A DNA stretch of 63,259 nt, filler included, from Octopus bimaculoides (taxonomy: Eukaryota), in the NCBI RefSeq assembly GCF_001194135.2. It is 3 parts of 3 records of this genome, joined end to end, with 100 filler letters (N's around TTAATTAATTAA, not from the genome) between each part and the next. Parts side by side here need not be neighbours in the genome. Positions count along the whole stretch, not along the records: positions 37,135 to 63,259 come from NC_068984.1; 2 more parts are not named here. One strand, given 5' to 3'. Below, in pieces: positions 59,932 through 63,259 of this stretch. How positions within the stretch are numbered: position 1 is the stretch's first letter; each line of letters starts with the position of its first letter. Below the pieces are notes generated by a model, which had not been told where the DNA came from, made no database searches, and saw only the letters and a program-made list of their open reading frames with translations. The translations under genes were made by a program, and so were the position numbers.

Positions 59932-61092
59932 NNNNNNNNNNNNNNNNNNNNNNNNNNNNNNNNNNNNNNNNNNNNNNNNNNNNNNNNNNNNNNNNNNNNN
60001 NNNNNNNNNNNNNNNNNNNNNNNNNNNNNNNNNNNNNNNNNNNNNNNNNNNNNNNNNNNNNNNNNNNNNNNNNNNNNNNNNNNNNNNNNNNNNNNNNNNN
60101 NNNNNNNNNNNNNNNNNNNNNNNNNNNNNNNNNNNNNNNNNNNNNNNNNNNNNNNNNNNNNNNNNNNNNNNNNNNNNNNNNNNNNNNNNNNNNNNNNNNN
60201 NNNNNNNNNNNNNNNNNNNNNNNNNNNNNNNNNNNNNNNNNNNNNNNNNNNNNNNNNNNNNNNNNNNNNNNNNNNNNNNNNNNNNNNNNNNNNNNNNNNN
60301 NNNNNNNNNNNNNNNNNNNNNNNNNNNNNNNNNNNNNNNNNNNNNNNNNNNNNNNNNNNNNNNNNNNNNNNNNNNNNNNNNNNNNNNNNTATATATATAT
60401 ACACACACATACTTTCTTTTCTATATATTTTTATACTTACTTCCACTTTTGTTCCCTAACTTCACTACATTCGCGCGTGCGCGCTTGTGCGCGCGCGTCA
60501 CGTGTGTGTGTGTGTCTGTGTGTTTATGTGCGCGCTTGGAAACGCTTATGCATGCAAAATACGCAAACACATAGCATTACCGAATGCCATTTAAATAGCT
60601 TTACAAAGTTCTAAATCGGCAGGAATTTAATATGATATAAGTAAAGAAAAAGCTAAAGACAATAAAAAAAACTCTTATATATCAATGATTATGAAAGGTT
60701 TCAGTTATTTATTTCTTCTTATACTCCTTATAATAACAACCCGAAATCTCCAAACGAAATGATATTGCAAAAGTTTATATCGTTCGTCGTGTCACTGAAG
60801 AGGCCAATTTATCTGACATATAAATATTGATGTAATGAAAACTCCACAGTGAAAGTTTTTTTCTTTATATAACTCAGGAGTAATATTACAATAACGATTA
60901 TTCAAGTTTTCAGCGAATCTAGCATTTGAAGAGCCCTTAAAATACTGCTGGTTAATTCTAATTTTCTTTCACTCCACCGCATATTAGAGCGTTTTTATTT
61001 TTATATGTGAATGTGTGTGTGTGCATGACTTTGTACTTGTACACAAGCACACAAAGATGCGTACGTGCACACACACATGCACACGCACACAG

Positions 61093-61134
<42 letters not shown>

Positions 61135-61378
61135 GAGAGAGAGAGAGAAAGAGAGAAAGGGAAATAGAGGCAGAGGAGATGTAGAGTTAAGATGCATAAC
61201 ATTTTCTACAGATTTTACCGTGGAATATAGAAATACAGACTTCTCAAAACAAAAGCTATATACGTTCTCTGATTTGCCCTTCTCTATCTCTCAATTTCTT
61301 TCTTCGTTTCTCTCTGTCTGTCTGTCTGACTGTCTCTGTCTCTATCTCTCTCTCTCACTCTCTCTCTCTCTCTCTCTC

Positions 61379-61440
<62 letters not shown>

Positions 61441-61445
61441 TCACG
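59829..61445. repeat. (TC)n, (TA)n, (CA)n microsatellites with gap
   Basis: Directly visible. Confidence 0.85.
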
Positions 61446-62249
61446 TTCTAACCCTTTGTGTATTTGTATGTCTATCTATTTATCTATCCGTGTGTGTCTG
61501 CGCGTGTATTTATGTTATTCTGGGAATATGTAATGTCGTGTATATGCGTACCTATATGTATGCATGTAATCAATATGAAATAACTCAAGTATTTACACTA
61601 TCATTAGTTCTCTAGCTATTACGTCTTGTCCAAAAAATGTTCTTCCGACAGAATTATTGCATTTTATTGTATATAATTATCTGAAGTTATTGTGAACAAA
61701 ATTTTAATTTCTGAATATGAAAGCCCAAATGACAGTCAAATTTTTAATTCCAAAATCGTGTACCGCAGTTTTATACAATTTCTACTTTGAAATAACCATG
61801 ATGTTGTAATGTCTTTAAAATTGTTTTTTGGTGGCCACATCTATCAATAAAATGGTTCGTATCGACATAGTTCTAATGTTGAATCCCCCAACAAATTGAT
61901 AGATTTCATCTAATGCCTGCATACAAATGTACACAACAACCACGCGCCAATTCAGAGACTTATGTATAAACAAGCACATATTTGTGTGTGAGCCTGAGTG
62001 CATAGTATTTATGCATAACTACATTTAAATGTATTATGTTATGCTACATTATGTAATGTATTTATGTATGTCATTATTCAGTTTATTTAAAGATTTCTTG
62101 CCAATAAAGAAAGAACTGGTTTCTAACCTAAATCCTCCTTCATTGGAATTTCAACATCAACAACATGTATGTATGTATGAATGTATGTATGTAGGTGTAG
62201 ATTCGTATGTTTTATGTGTGTATTCTCATGCTTACGGTTGCATTTAGTT

Positions 62250-62433
62250 GCATATGATAAACTTCTGGAAGGTTTTACAGATTTTTGCAGTTCCAGTGAT
62301 GGACTAGATCTGTAGTCTTCGAATAAGCTTTCTCCTTTCTGGTTTTGAGAAGCCTAATTTCTCAAGATTAATGTTTAGGCAGTGTGTTACATATCCCAAG
62401 GCCCCAATAATTACAGGTATAAAATTGAACTTG
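62250..62433 (-). pseudogene. C-terminus of a REL-endonuclease LINE (a different family from 44290-46170)
   Basis: YKFNFIPVIIGALGYVTHCLNINLEKLGFSKPERRKLIRRLQI*SITGTAKICKTFQKF. Confidence 0.75.
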
Positions 62434-62989
62434 TATATATGTATGTATATGTATATGATATGTATATGTATTTAAACATAACAAAATAGAGACGTCGTGA
62501 TTTATCAGCTACGTACGTTTCACATAGAACAGCAGACCCCAGAATACTGCAATGCTACACTTATACACAACTTAAGGGATCTCATATTGATAGCTCAAAA
62601 TACTACAGATAGAGAGGAATTCAACACCATCTTATTCTTATAAAATCTATAGCACCACTATTTATATCATCCCTTAACTTTGACCGTTTCCTCAGTGTAA
62701 GTAGTGGCGATTTCCTACTTACGATAAAATCTTGCCAGAAATGTAGTTAAATACGCATTTTATTCAAGCATGATATGCATTTAAATGAAATCAAACAGCA
62801 GTACCTAATACTTGTCATTCATATCTATATCCTTACATTTAAAATGTGACAATAGATATGCTGAAATAAATCTATTTAGTAGATACATTAATCAGCTTAA
62901 AATAATCCTTCTATTCCTTAATACTCCTCTTCCACCACCCTCTCTCTCTCTCTCTGTATATAAGTATGTATATACTTGTATTTTTTATT

Positions 62990-63190
62990 CCTTTACCTGT
63001 TTCAGTCATTTGACTGCGGCCATGCTGGAGCAGCGCTTTTAGTCGAACAAATCGACCCCATGATCTATACCTTGTAAGCGTAGAACTTATTCTATCGGTG
63101 ACTTTTGCCGAACCGCTACATTACGGAGACGTAAACACACCAGTATCGGTTGTCAAGCGCTGGTGTGGAACAAACACAGACACATAAATG
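62990..63190 (-). mobile_element. SINE-B 3' half
   Basis: TTTCAGTCATTTGACTGCGGCCATGCTGGAGCA...GCCGAACCGCTA...GGTTGTCAAGCG. Confidence 0.88.
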
Positions 63191-63259
63191 CATAGACACA
63201 AATACGCACACACACACACACACCCATATATATGTATGTATATATATATATATATATAT

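Noticed and set aside
60795-60850. Third hammerhead (CTGAAGA...GAAA)
   Set aside because: No stem II pairing between the core boxes; at best a dead Penelope-like end.

Overview
Eukaryotic, AT-rich, microsatellite-dense, gap-riddled genomic DNA. It is most likely an octopus short-read assembly; this is inferred from the recurring tRNA-derived SINE families and TTAGGG-type repeats. I found no confidently identifiable host protein-coding gene, only two isolated candidate exons. The window is a layered transposon landscape: four SINE families (working names SINE-A to D), R4/Dong-like and CR1-like LINE relics, a Merlin/IS1595 transposase relic, a mariner relic, a MULE-like MITE and Penelope-like ends carrying minimal hammerhead motifs. 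The central structure is a 5.76-kb Helitron (29027-34782) whose exact ends can be read against an empty paralogous site at 24489/24490. Nested inside it are a SINE, a telomere-cored MITE, a deleted Gypsy remnant and a TSD-bounded 1.83-kb gag/ORF1-only retroposon that shares its 3' tail with a SINE subfamily. Other unexplained structures are a cryptic ~90-bp degenerate array (12.2-14.6 kb), a CpG-depleted block (~16.8-23.7 kb), a 1.4-kb foldback element with telomeric cores, and a 241-bp inverted repeat pair 4.5 kb apart. Coordinates were read by eye; boundaries of decayed relics are approximate.
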